Shown here one piece after another: positions 1-15,000 of a stretch of DNA of 64,000 bases. The notes under the pieces were generated by a model that saw nothing but the letters and a program-made list of their open reading frames with translations, had not been told where the DNA came from and made no database searches. The position numbers and the translations under genes were made by a program. The DNA lies in the NCBI GenBank assembly GCA_964016885.1, contig OZ024745.1, forward strand, positions 4,030,001 through 4,094,000. The letters run 5' to 3'. Numbering within the stretch: the stretch's first letter is position 1; every line of letters starts with the position of its first letter. Source of the stretch: Eledone cirrhosa (taxonomy: Eukaryota).

Positions 1-3000
1 GTTATAGCTCTCCTTAATCAGAAGATAGAAAGGTAGATGACATCAACACAGTGTAGTTTATAGTGTTATAGCTCTCCTTAATCAGAAGATAGAAAGGTAG
101 ATGACATCAACACAGTGTAGTTTATAGTGTTATAGCTCTTCTTAATCAGAAAATAGAAAGGTAGATGACATCAACACAGTGTAGTTTATAGTGTTATAGC
201 TCTTCTTAATCAGAAAATAGAAAGCTAGATGACATCAACACAGTGTAGTTTATAGTGTTATAGCTCTCCTTAATCAGAAGATAGAAAGGTAGATGACATC
301 AACACAGTGTAGTTTATAGTGTTATATCTCTTCTTAATCAGAAGATAGAAAGGTAGATGACATCAACACAGTGTAGTTTATAGTGTTATAGCTCTTCTTA
401 ATCAGAAAATAGAAAGCTAGATGACATCAACACAGTGTAGTTTATAGTGTTATAGCTCTCCTTAATCAGAAGATAGAAAGGTAGATGACATCAACACACT
501 GTAGTTTATAGCTCTTCTTAATCAGAAAATAGAAAGGTAGATGACATCAACACAGTGTAGTTTATAGTGTTATAGCTCTCCTTAATCAGAAGATAGAAAG
601 GTAGATGACATCAACACAGTGTAGTTTATAGTGTTATACCTCTCCTTAATCAGAGGATAGAAAGGTAGATGACATCAACACAGTGTAGTTTATAGTGTTA
701 TAGCTCTCCTTAATAAGAAGATAGAAAGGTAGATGACATCAACACAGTGTAGTTTATAGTGTTATAGCTCTTCTTAATCAGAAGTCTGAAAGGTAGATGA
801 CATCAACACAGTGTAGTTTATAGTGTTATAGCTCTCCTTAATCAGAAGATAGAAAGGTAGATGACATCAACACAGTGTAGTTTATAGTGTTATAGCTCTC
901 CTTAATCAGAATCTGAAAGGTAGATGACATCAACACAGTGTAGTTTATAGTGTTATAGCTCTTCTTAATCAGAAGATAGAAAGCTAGATGACATCAACAC
1001 AGTGTAGTTTATAGTGTTATAGCTCTCCTTAATCAGAAGATAGAAAGGTAGATGACATCAACACAGTGTAGATTATAGTATTATAGCTCTCGTTAATCAG
1101 AGGATAGAAAGGTAGATGACATCAACACAGTGTAGTTTATAGCGTTATAGCTCTCGTTAATCAAGTGAAAAAAAGGTAGATGACATCAACACAGTGTAGT
1201 TTATAGTGTTATAGCTCTACTTAATCAGAAGATAGAAAGGTAGATGACATAAACACAGTGTAGTTTATAGTGTTATAGCTCTCTTTAATCAGAGGGTAGA
1301 AAGTTAGATGACATCAACACAGTGTAGTTTATAGTGTTATAGCTCTCCTTAATCGGAAGATAGAAAGGTAGATGACATCAACACAGTGTAGTTTATAGTG
1401 TTATAGCTCTCCTTAATCAGAAGACAGAAAGGTAGATGGCATCAACACAGTGTAGTTTATAGTGTTATAGCTCTCCTTAATCAGAAGACAGAAAGGTAGA
1501 TGGCATCAACACAGTGTAGTTTATAGTGTTATAGCTCTCCTTAATAAGAAGATAGAAAGGTAGATGACATCAACACAGTGTAGTTTATAGTGTTGTAGCT
1601 CTCCTTTATCAGAAGATAGAAAGGTAGATGACATAAACGCAGTGTAGTTTATAATGTTATAGCTCTCCTTAATCAGAAGGTAGAAAGGTAGATGACATCA
1701 ACACAGTGTAGTTTATAGTGTTATAGCTCTCCTTAATCAGAAGATAGAAAGTTGGATGACATCAACACAGTGTAGTTTATAGTGTTATAGCTCTCCTTAA
1801 TCAGAAGACAGAAAGGTAGATGGCATCAACACAGTGTAGTTTATAGTGTTATAGCTCTCCTTAATAAGAAGATTGAAAGGTAGATGACATCAACACAGTG
1901 TAGTTTATAGTGTTGTAGCTCTCCTTAATCAGAAGATAGAAAGGTAGATGACATAAACGCAGTGTAGTTTATAATGTTATAGCTCTCCTTAATCAGAAGG
2001 TAGAAAGGTAGATGACATCAACACAGTGTAGTTTATAGTGTTATAGTTCTCCTTAATCAGAAGATAGAAAGGTAGATGACATCAACACAGTGTAGTTTAT
2101 AGTGTTATAGCTCTCCTTAATCAGAAGATAGAAAGGTAGATGACATCAACACAGTGTAGTTTATAGTGTTATAGCTCTCCTTAATCAGAGGATAGAAAGG
2201 TAGATGACATCAACACAGTGTAGTTTATAGTGTTATCGCTCTCCTTAATCAGAAGTCTGAAAGGTAGATGACATCAACACAGTGTAGTTTATAGTGTTAT
2301 AGCTCTCCTTAATCAGAGGATAGAAAGGTAGATGACATCAACACAGTGTAGTTTATAGTGTTATAGCTCTCCTTAATCAGAAGGTAGAAAGGTAGATGAC
2401 ATCAACACAGTGTAGTTTATAGTGTTATAGTTCTCCTTAATGAGAAGATAGAAAGGTAGATGACATCAACACAGTGTAGTTTATAGTGTTATAGCTCTCC
2501 TTAATCAGAAGATAGAAAGGTAGATGATATCAACACAGTGTAGTTTATAGTGTTATAGCTCTCCTTAATCAGAAGATAGAAAGGTAGATGACATCAACAC
2601 AGTGTAGTTTATAGTGTTATAGCTCTCCTTAATCAGAAGACAGAAAGGTAGATGACATCAACACAGTGTAGTTTATAGTGTTATAGCTCTCCTTAATCAA
2701 AAGATAGAAAGGTAGATGACATAAACGCAGTGTAGTTTATAATGTTATAGCTCTCCTTAATCAGAAGGTAGAAAGGTAGATGACATCAACACAGTGTAGT
2801 TTATAGTGTTATAGTTCTCTTTGATCAGAAGATAGAAAGGTAGATGACATCAACACAGTGTAGTTTATAGTGTTATAGCTCTCCTTAATCAGAAGTCTAA
2901 AAGGTAGATGACATCAACACAGTGTAGTTTATAGTGTTATAGCTCTTCTTAATCAGAAGATAGAAAGGTAGATGCTATCAAAACAGTGTAGTTTATAGTG

Positions 3001-6000
3001 TTATAGCTCTTCTAAATCAGAAAATAGAAAGGTAGATGACATCAACACAGTGTAGTTTATAGTGTTATAGCTCTCCTTAATCAGAAGATAGAAAGGTAGA
3101 TGACATCAACACAGTGTAGTTTATAATGTTATAGCTCTCCTTAATCAAAAGTCTGAAAGGTAGATGACATCAACACAGTGTAGTTTATAGTGTTATAGCT
3201 CTCCTTAATCAGAATCTGAAAGGTAGATGACATCAACACAGTGTAGTTTATAGTGTTATAGCTCTTCTTAATCAGAAGTCTGAAAGGTAGATGACATCAA
3301 CACAGTGTAGTTTATAGTGTTATAGCTCTTCTTAATCAGAAGATAGAAAGCTAGATGACATCAACACAGTGTAGTTTATAGTGTTATAGCTCTCCTTAAT
3401 CAGAAGATAGAAAGGTAGATGACATCAACACAGTGTAGTTTATAGTGTTATAGCTCTCCTTAATCAGAAGTCTGAAAGGTAGATGACATCAACACAGTGT
3501 AGTTTATAGTGTTATAGCTCTCCTTAATCAGAATCTGAAAGGTAGATGACATCAACACAGTGTAGTTTATAGTGTTATAGCTCTTCTTAATCAGAAGTCT
3601 GAAAGGTAGATGACATCAACACAGTGTAGTTTATAGTGTTATAGCTCTACTTAATCAGAAGATAGAAAGGTAGATGACATAAACACAGTGTAGTTTATAG
3701 TGTTATAGCTCTCCTTAATCAGAGGGTAGAAAGTTAGATGACATCAACACAGTGTAGTTTATAGTGTTATAGCTCTCCTTAATCGGAAGATAGAAAGGTA
3801 GATGACATCAACACAGTGTAGTTTATAGTGTTATAGCTCTCCTTAATCAGAAGACAGAAAGGTAGATGGCATCAACACAGTGTAGTTTATAGTGTTATAG
3901 CTCTCCTTAATAAGAAGATAGAAAGGTAGATGACATCAACACAGTGTAGTTTATAGTGTTATAGCTCTCCTTAATCAGTAGATAGAAAGCTAGATGACAT
4001 CAACACAGTGTAGTTTATAGTGTTATAGCTCTCCTTAATCAGAAGATAGAAAGGTAGATGACATCAACACAGTGTAGATTATAGTATTATAGCTCTCGTT
4101 AATCAGAGGATAGAAAGGTAGATGACATCAACACAGTGTAGTTTATAGTGTTATAGCTCTCGTTAATCAAGTGAAAAAAAGGTAGATGACATCAACACAG
4201 TGTAGTTTATAGTGTTATAGCTCTACTTAATCAGAAGATAGAAAGGTAGATGACATAAACACAGTGTAGTTTATAGTGTTATAGCTCTCTTTAATCAGAG
4301 GGTAGAAAGTTAGATGACATCAACACAGTGTAGTTTATAGTGTTATAGCTCTCCTTAATCGGAAGATAGAAAGGTAGATGACATCAACACAGTGTAGTTT
4401 ATAGTGTTATAGCTCTCCTTAATCAGAAGACAGAAAGGTAGATGGCATCAACACAGTGTAGTTTATAGTGTTATAGCTCTCCTTAATCAGAAGACAGAAA
4501 GGTAGATGGCATCAACACAGTGTAGTTTATAGTGTTATAGCTCTCCTTAATAAGAAGATAGAAAGGTAGATGACATCAACACAGTGTAGTTTATAGTGTT
4601 GTAGCTCTCCTTTATCAGAAGATAGAAAGGTAGATGACATAAACGCAGTGTAGTTTATAATGTTATAGCTCTCCTTAATCAGAAGGTAGAAAGGTAGATG
4701 ACATCAACACAGTGTAGTTTATAGTGTTATAGCTCTCCTTAATCAGAAGATAGAAAGTTGGATGACATCAACACAGTGTAGTTTATAGTGTTATAGCTCT
4801 CCTTAATCAGAAGACAGAAAGGTAGATGGCATCAACACAGTGTAGTTTATAGTGTTATAGCTCTCCTTAATAAGAAGATTGAAAGGTAGATGACATCAAC
4901 ACAGTGTAGTTTATAGTGTTGTAGCTCTCCTTAATCAGAAGATAGAAAGGTAGATGACATAAACGCAGTGTAGTTTATAATGTTATAGCTCTCCTTAATC
5001 AGAAGGTAGAAAGGTAGATGACATCAACACAGTGTAGTTTATAGTGTTATAGTTCTCCTTAATCAGAAGATAGAAAGGTAGATGACATCAACACAGTGTA
5101 GTTTATAGTGTTATAGCTCTCCTTAATCAGAAGATAGAAAGGTAGATGACATCAACACAGTGTAGTTTATAGTGTTATAGCTCTCCTTAATCAGAGGATA
5201 GAAAGGTAGATGACATCAACACAGTGTAGTTTATAGTGTTATCGCTCTCCTTAATCAGAAGTCTGAAAGGTAGATGACATCAACACAGTGTAGTTTATAG
5301 TGTTATAGCTCTCCTTAATCAGAGGATAGAAAGGTAGATGACATCAACACAGTGTAGTTTATAGTGTTATAGCTCTCCTTAATCAGAAGGTAGAAAGGTA
5401 GATGACATCAACACAGTGTAGTTTATAGTGTTATAGTTCTCCTTAATGAGAAGATAGAAAGGTAGATGACATCAACACAGTGTAGTTTATAGTGTTATAG
5501 CTCTCCTTAATCAGAAGATAGAAAGGTAGATGACATAAACGCAGTGTAGTTTATAGTGTTATAGCTCTCCTTAATCAGAAGATAGAAAGGTAGATGATAT
5601 CAACACAGTGTAGTTTATAGTGTTATAGCTCTCCTTAATCAGAAGATAGAAAGGTAGATGACATCAACACAGTGTAGTTTATAGTGTTATAGCTCTCCTT
5701 AATCAGAAGACAGAAAGGTAGATGACATCAACACAGTGTAGTTTATAGTGTTATAGCTCTCCTTAATCAAAAGATAGAAAGGTAGATGACATAAACGCAG
5801 TGTAGTTTATAATGTTATAGCTCTCCTTAATCAGAAGGTAGAAAGGTAGATGACATCAACACAGTGTAGTTTATAGTGTTATAGTTCTCTTTGATCAGAA
5901 GATAGAAAGGTAGATGACATCAACACAGTGTAGTTTATAGTGTTATAGCTCTCCTTAATCAGAAGTCTAAAAGGTAGATGACATCAACACAGTGTAGTTT

Positions 6001-9000
6001 ATAGTGTTATAGCTCTTCTTAATCAGAAGATAGAAAGGTAGATGCTATCAAAACAGTGTAGTTTATAGTGTTATAGCTCTTCTAAATCAGAAAATAGAAA
6101 GGTAGATGACATCAACACAGTGTAGTTTATAGTGTTATAGCTCTCCTTAATCAGAAGATAGAAAGGTAGATGACATCAACACAGTGTAGTTTATAATGTT
6201 ATAGCTCTCCTTAATCAAAAGTCTGAAAGGTAGATGACATCAACACAGTGTAGTTTATAGTGTTATAGCTCTCCTTAATCAGAATCTGAAAGGTAGATGA
6301 CATCAACACAGTGTAGTTTATAGTGTTATAGCTCTTCTTAATCAGAAGTCTGAAAGGTAGATGACATCAACACAGTGTAGTTTATAGTGTTATAGCTCTT
6401 CTTAATCAGAAGATAGAAAGCTAGATGACATCAACACAGTGTAGTTTATAGTGTTATAGCTCTCCTTAATCAGAAGATAGAAAGGTAGATGACATCAACA
6501 CAGTGTAGTTTATAGTGTTATAGCTCTCCTTAATCAGAAGTCTGAAAGGTAGATGACATCAACACAGTGTAGTTTATAGTGTTATAGCTCTCCTTAATCA
6601 GAATCTGAAAGGTAGATGACATCAACACAGTGTAGTTTATAGTGTTATAGCTCTTCTTAATCAGAAGTCTGAAAGGTAGATGACATCAACACAGTGTAGT
6701 TTATAGTGTTATAGCTCTACTTAATCAGAAGATAGAAAGGTAGATGACATAAACACAGTGTAGTTTATAGTGTTATAGCTCTCCTTAATCAGAGGGTAGA
6801 AAGTTAGATGACATCAACACAGTGTAGTTTATAGTGTTATAGCTCTCCTTAATCGGAAGATAGAAAGGTAGATGACATCAACACAGTGTAGTTTATAGTG
6901 TTATAGCTCTCCTTAATAAGAAGATAGAAAGGTAGATGACATCAACACAGTGTAGTTTATAGTGTTGTAGCTCTCCTTAATCAGAAGATAGAAAGGTAGA
7001 TGACATAAACGCAGTGTAGTTTATAATGTTTTAGCTCTCCTTAATCAGAAGGTAGAAAGGTAGATGACATCAACACAGTGTAGTTTATAGTGTTATAGCT
7101 CTCCTTAATCAGAAGATAGAAAGTTAGATGACATCAACACAGTGTAGTTTATAGTGTTATAGCTCTCCTTAATCAGAAGACAGAAAGGTAGATGGCATCA
7201 ACACAGTGTAGTTTATAGTGTTATAGCTCTCCTTAATAAGAAGATTGAAAGGTAGATGACATCAACACAGTGTAGTTTATAGTGTTATAGCTCTCCTTAA
7301 TAAGAAGATAGAAAGGTAGATGACATCAACACAGTGTAGTTTATAGTGTTGTAGCTCTCCTTAATCAGAAGATAGAAAGGTAGATGACATAAACGCAGTG
7401 TAGTTTATAATGTTATAGCTCTCCTTAATCAGAAGGTAGAAAGGTAGATGACATCAACACAGTGTAGTTTATAGTGTTATAGCTCTCCTTAATCAGAAGA
7501 TAGAAAGTTAGATGACATCAACACAGTGTAGTTTATAGTGTTATAGCTCTCCTTAATCAGAAGACAGAAAGGTAGATGGCATCAACACAGTGTAGTTTAT
7601 AGTGTTATAGCTCTCCTTAATAAGAAGATTGAAAGGTAGATGACATCAACACAGTGTAGTTTATAGTGTTGTAGCTCTCCTTAATCAGAAGATAGAAAGG
7701 TAGATGCCATCAACACAGTGTAGTTTATAGTGTTATAGCTCTCCTTAATCAGAAGGTAGAAAGGTAGATGACATCAACACAGTGTAGTTTATAGTGTTAT
7801 AGTTCTCCTTAATGAGAAGATAGAAAGGTAGATGACATCAACACAGTGTAGTTTATAGTGTTATAGCTCTCCTTAATCAGAAGGTAGAAAGGTAGATGGC
7901 ATCAACACAGTGTAGTTTATAGTGTTATAGCTCTCCTTAATCAGAGGATAGAAAGGTAGATGACATCAACACAGTGTAGTTTATAGTGTTATAGCTCTCC
8001 TTAATCAGAAGATAGAAAGGTAGATGACATCAACACAGTGTGGTTTATAGTGTTATCGCTCTCCTTAATCAGAAGATAGAAAGGTAGATGACATCAACAC
8101 AGTGTAGTTTATAGTGTTATAGCTCTCCTTAATCAGAAGATAGAAAGGTAGATGACATCAACACAGTGTAGTTTATAGTGTTATAGCTCTCCTTAATCAG
8201 AAGGTAGAAAGGTAGATGACATCAACACAGTGTAGTTTATAGTGTTATAGCTCTCCTTAATCAGAAGGTAGAAAGGTAGATGACATCAACACAGTGTAGT
8301 TTATAGTGTTATAGCTCTCCTTAATCAGAAGATAGAAAGGTAGATGACATCAACACAGTGTAGTTTATAGTGTTATAGCTCTCCTTAATCAGAAGATAGA
8401 AAGGTAGATGACATCAACACAGTGTAGTTTATAATGTTATAGCTCTCCTTAATCAGAAGATAGAAAGGTAGATGACATCAACACAGTGTAGTTTATAGTG
8501 TTATAGCTCTCCTTAATCAGAGGATAGAAAGGTAGATGACATCAACACAGTGTAGTTTATAGTGTTATAGCTCTCCTTAATCAGAGGATAGAAAGGTAGA
8601 TGACATCAACACAGAGTAGTTTATAGTGTTGTAGTTCTCCTTAATCAGAAGATAGAAAAGTAGATGACATCAACACAGTGTAGTTTATAATGTTATAGCT
8701 CTCCTTAATCAGAAGATAGAAAGGTAGATGACATCAACACAGTGTAGTTTATAGTGTTATTGTTCTCCTTAATCAGAAGATAGAAAGGTAGATGACATCA
8801 ACACAGTGTAGTTTATAGTGTTGTAGCTCTCCTTAATCAGAAGTCTGAAACGTAGATGACATCAACACACTGTAGTTTATAGTGTTATAGCTCTCCTTAA
8901 TCAGAGGATAGAAAGGTAGATGACATCAACACAGTGTAGTTTATAGTGTTATAGCTCTCCTTAATCAGAAGATAGAAAGGTAGATGACATCAACACAGTG

Positions 9001-12000
9001 TAGTTTATAGTGTTATATCTCTTCTTAATCAGAAGATAGAAAGGTAGATGACATCAACACAGTGTAGTTTATAGTGTTATAGCTCTTCTTAATCAGAAAA
9101 TAGAAAGCTAGATGACATCAACACAGTGTAGTTTATAGTGTTATAGCTCTCCTTAATCAGAAGATAGAAAGGTAGATGACATCAACACAGTGTAGTTTAT
9201 AGCTCTTCTTAATCAGAAAATAGAAAGGTAGATGACATCAACACAGTGTAGTTTATAGTGTTATAGCTCTCCTTAATCAGAAGATAGAAAGGTAGATGAC
9301 ATCAACACAGTGTAGTTTATAGTGTTATAGCTCTCCTTAATCAGAGGATAGAAAGGTAGATGACATCAACACAGTGTAGTTTATAGTGTTATAGCTCTCC
9401 TTAATAAGAAGATAGAAAGGTAGATGACATCAACACAGTGTAGTTTATAGTGTTATAGCTCTTCTTAATCAGAAAATAGAAAGGTAGATGACATCAACAC
9501 AGTGTAGTTTATAGTGTTATAGCTCTCCTTAATCAGAAGATAGAAAGGTAGATGACATCAACACAGTGTAGTTTATAGTGTTATAGCTCTCCTTAATCAG
9601 AATCTGAAAGGTAGATGACATCAACACAGTGTAGATTATAGTGTTATAGCTCTTCTTAATCAGAAGATAGAAAGCTAGATGACATCAACACAGTGTAGTT
9701 TATAGTGTTATAGCTCTCCTTAATCAGAAGATAGAAAGGTAGATGACATCAACACAGTGTAGATTATAGTGTTATAGCTCTCGTTAATCAGAGGATAGAA
9801 AGGTAGATGACATCAACACAGTGTAGTTTATAGTGTTATAGCTCTCGTTAATCAAGTGAAAAAAAGGTAGATGACATCAACACAGTGTAGTTTATAGTGT
9901 TATAGCTCTACTTAATCAGAAGATAGAAAGGTAGATGACATAAACACAGTGTAGTTTATAGTGTTATAGCTCTCCTTAATCAGAGGGTAGAAAGTTAGAT
10001 GACATCAACACAGTGTAGTTTATAGTGTTATAGCTCTCCTTAATCGGAAGATAGAAAGGTAGATGACATCAACACAGTGTAGTTTATAGTGTTATAGCTC
10101 TCCTTAATCAGAAGACAGAAAGGTAGATGGCATCAACACAGTGTAGTTTATAGTGTTATAGCTCTCCTTAATCAGAAGACAGAAAGGTAGATGGCATCAA
10201 CACAGTGTAGTTTATAGTGTTATAGCTCTCCTTAATAAGAAGATAGAAAGGTAGATGACATCAACACAGTGTAGTTTATAGTGTTGTAGCTCTCCTTTAT
10301 CAGAAGATAGAAAGGTAGATGACATAAACGCAGTGTAGTTTATAATGTTATAGCTCTCCTTAATCAGAAGGTAGAAAGGTAGATGACATCAACACAGTGT
10401 AGTTTATAGTGTTATAGCTCTCCTTAATCAGAAGATAGAAAGTTGGATGACATCAACACAGTGTAGTTTATAGTGTTATAGCTCTCCTTAATCAGAAGAC
10501 AGAAAGGTAGATGGCATCAACACAGTGTAGTTTATAGTGTTATAGCTCTCCTTAATAAGAAGATTGAAAGGTAGATGACATCAACACAGTGTAGTTTATA
10601 GTGTTGTAGCTCTCCTTAATCAGAAGATAGAAAGGTAGATGACATAAACGCAGTGTAGTTTATAATGTTATAGCTCTCCTTAATCAGAAGGTAGAAAGGT
10701 AGATGACATCAACACAGTGTAGTTTATAGTGTTATAGTTCTCCTTAATCAGAAGATAGAAAGGTAGATGACATCAACACAGTGTAGTTTATAGTGTTATA
10801 GCTCTCCTTAATCAGAAGATAGAAAGGTAGATGACATCAACACAGTGTAGTTTATAGTGTTATAGCTCTCCTTAATCAGAGGATAGAAAGGTAGATGACA
10901 TCAACACAGTGTAGTTTATAGTGTTATCGCTCTCCTTAATCAGAAGTCTGAAAGGTAGATGACATCAACACAGTGTAGTTTATAGTGTTATAGCTCTCCT
11001 TAATCAGAGGATAGAAAGGTAGATGACATCAACACAGTGTAGTTTATAGTGTTATAGCTCTCCTTAATCAGAAGGTAGAAAGGTAGATGACATCAACACA
11101 GTGTAGTTTATAGTGTTATAGTTCTCCTTAATGAGAAGATAGAAAGGTAGATGACATCAACACAGTGTAGTTTATAGTGTTACAGCTCTCCTTAATCAGA
11201 AGATAGAAAGGTAGATGACATAAACGCAGTGTAGTTTATAGTGTTATAGCTCTCCTTAATCAGAAGATAGAAAGGTAGATGATATCAACACAGTGTAGTT
11301 TATAGTGTTATAGCTCTCCTTAATCAGAAGATAGAAAGGTAGATGACATCAACACAGTGTAGTTTATAGTGTTATAGCTCTCCTTAATCAGAAGATAGAA
11401 AGGTAGATGACATCAACACAGTGTAGTTTATAGTGTTATAGCTCTCCTTAATCAGAAGATAGAAAGGTAGATGACATCAACACAGTGTAGTTTATAATGT
11501 TATAGCTCTCCTTAATCAGAAGATAGAAAGGTAGATGACATCAACACAGTGTAGTTTATAGTGTTATAGCTCTCCTTAATCAGAGGATAGAAAGGTAGAT
11601 GACATCAACACAGTGTAGTTTATAGTGTTATAGCTCTCCTTAATCAGAGGATAGAAAGGTAGATGACATCAACACAGAGTAGTTTATAGTGTTGTAGTTC
11701 TCCTTAATCAGAAGATAGAAAAGTAGATGACATCAACACAGTGTAGTTTATAATGTTATAGCTCTCCTTAATCAGAAGATAGAAAGGTAGATGACATCAA
11801 CACAGTGTAGTTTATAGTGTTATTGTTCTCCTTAATCAGAAGATAGAAAGGTAGATGACATCAACACAGTGTAGTTTATAGTGTTGTAGCTCTCCTTAAT
11901 CAGAAGTCTGAAACGTAGATGACATCAACACACTGTAGTTTATAGTGTTATAGCTCTCCTTAATCAGAGGATAGAAAGGTAGATGACATCAACACAGTGT

Positions 12001-15000
12001 AGTTTATAGTGTTATAGCTCTCCTTAATCAGAAGATAGAAAGGTAGATGACATCAACACAGTGTAGTTTATAGTGTTATATCTCTTCTTAATCAGAAGAT
12101 AGAAAGGTAGATGACATCAACACAGTGTAGTTTATAGTGTTATAGCTCTTCTTAATCAGAAAATAGAAAGCTAGATGACATCAACACAGTGTAGTTTATA
12201 GTGTTATAGCTCTCCTTAATCAGAAGATAGAAAGGTAGATGACATCAACACAGTGTAGTTTATAGCTCTTCTTAATCAGAAAATAGAAAGGTAGATGACA
12301 TCAACACAGTGTAGTTTATAGTGTTATAGCTCTCCTTAATCAGAAGATAGAAAGGTAGATGACATCAACACAGTGTAGTTTATAGTGTTATAGCTCTCCT
12401 TAATCAGAGGATAGAAAGGTAGATGACATCAACACAGTGTAGTTTATAGTGTTATAGCTCTCCTTAATAAGAAGATAGAAAGGTAGATGACATCAACACA
12501 GTGTAGTTTATAGTGTTATAGCTCTTCTTAATCAGAAAATAGAAAGGTAGATGACATCAACACAGTGTAGTTTATAGTGTTATAGCTCTCCTTAATCAGA
12601 AGATAGAAAGGTAGATGACATCAACACAGTGTAGTTTATAGTGTTATAGCTCTCCTTAATCAGAATCTGAAAGGTAGATGACATCAACACAGTGTAGATT
12701 ATAGTGTTATAGCTCTTCTTAATCAGAAGATAGAAAGCTAGATGACATCAACACAGTGTAGTTTATAGTGTTATAGCTCTCCTTAATCAGAAGATAGAAA
12801 GGTAGATGACATCAACACAGTGTAGATTATAGTGTTATAGCTCTCGTTAATCAGAGGATAGAAAGGTAGATGACATCAACACAGTGTAGTTTATAGTGTT
12901 ATAGCTCTCGTTAATCAAGTGAAAAAAAGGTAGATGACATCAACACAGTGTAGTTTATAGTGTTATAGCTCTACTTAATCAGAAGATAGAAAGGTAGATG
13001 ACATAAACACAGTGTAGTTTATAGTGTTATAGCTCTCCTTAATCAGAGGGTAGAAAGTTAGATGACATCAACACAGTGTAGTTTATAGTGTTATAGCTCT
13101 CCTTAATCGGAAGATAGAAAGGTAGATGACATCAACACAGTGTAGTTTATAGTGTTATAGCTCTCCTTAATCAGAAGACAGAAAGGTAGATGGCATCAAC
13201 ACAGTGTAGTTTATAGTGTTATAGCTCTCCTTAATCAGAAGACAGAAAGGTAGATGGCATCAACACAGTGTAGTTTATAGTGTTATAGCTCTCCTTAATA
13301 AGAAGATAGAAAGGTAGATGACATCAACACAGTGTAGTTTATAGTGTTGTAGCTCTCCTTTATCAGAAGATAGAAAGGTAGATGACATAAACGCAGTGTA
13401 GTTTATAATGTTATAGCTCTCCTTAATCAGAAGGTAGAAAGGTAGATGACATCAACACAGTGTAGTTTATAGTGTTATAGCTCTCCTTAATCAGAAGATA
13501 GAAAGTTGGATGACATCAACACAGTGTAGTTTATAGTGTTATAGCTCTCCTTAATCAGAAGACAGAAAGGTAGATGGCATCAACACAGTGTAGTTTATAG
13601 TGTTATAGCTCTCCTTAATAAGAAGATTGAAAGGTAGATGACATCAACACAGTGTAGTTTATAGTGTTGTAGCTCTCCTTAATCAGAAGATAGAAAGGTA
13701 GATGACATAAACGCAGTGTAGTTTATAATGTTATAGCTCTCCTTAATCAGAAGGTAGAAAGGTAGATGACATCAACACAGTGTAGTTTATAGTGTTATAG
13801 TTCTCCTTAATCAGAAGATAGAAAGGTAGATGACATCAACACAGTGTAGTTTATAGTGTTATAGCTCTCCTTAATCAGAAGATAGAAAGGTAGATGACAT
13901 CAACACAGTGTAGTTTATAGTGTTATAGCTCTCCTTAATCAGAGGATAGAAAGGTAGATGACATCAACACAGTGTAGTTTATAGTGTTATCGCTCTCCTT
14001 AATCAGAAGTCTGAAAGGTAGATGACATCAACACAGTGTAGTTTATAGTGTTATAGCTCTCCTTAATCAGAGGATAGAAAGGTAGATGACATCAACACAG
14101 TGTAGTTTATAGTGTTATAGCTCTCCTTAATCAGAAGGTAGAAAGGTAGATGACATCAACACAGTGTAGTTTATAGTGTTATAGTTCTCCTTAATGAGAA
14201 GATAGAAAGGTAGATGACATCAACACAGTGTAGTTTATAGTGTTACAGCTCTCCTTAATCAGAAGATAGAAAGGTAGATGACATAAACGCAGTGTAGTTT
14301 ATAGTGTTATAGCTCTCCTTAATCAGAAGATAGAAAGGTAGATGATATCAACACAGTGTAGTTTATAGTGTTATAGCTCTCCTTAATCAGAAGATAGAAA
14401 GGTAGATGACATCAACACAGTGTAGTTTATAGTGTTATAGCTCTCCTTAATCAGAAGACAGAAAGGTAGATGACATCAACACAGTGTAGTTTATAGTGTT
14501 ATAGCTCTCCTTAATCAAAAGATAGAAAGGTAGATGACATAAACGCAGTGTAGTTTATAATGTTATAGCTCTCCTTAATCAGAAGGTAGAAAGGTAGATG
14601 ACATCAACACAGTGTAGTTTATAGTGTTATAGTTCTCTTTGATCAGAAGATAGAAAGGTAGATGACATCAACACAGTGTAGTTTATAGTGTTATAGCTCT
14701 CCTTAATCAGAAGTCTAAAAGGTAGATGACATCAACACAGTGTAGTTTATAGTGTTATAGCTCTTCTTAATCAGAAGATAGAAAGGTAGATGCTATCAAA
14801 ACAGTGTAGTTTATAGTGTTATAGCTCTTCTAAATCAGAAAATAGAAAGGTAGATGACATCAACACAGTGTAGTTTATAGTGTTATAGCTCTCCTTAATC
14901 AGAAGATAGAAAGGTAGATGACATCAACACAGTGTAGTTTATAGTGTTATAGCTCTCCTTAATCAGAAGATAGAAAGGTAGATGACATCAACACAGTGTA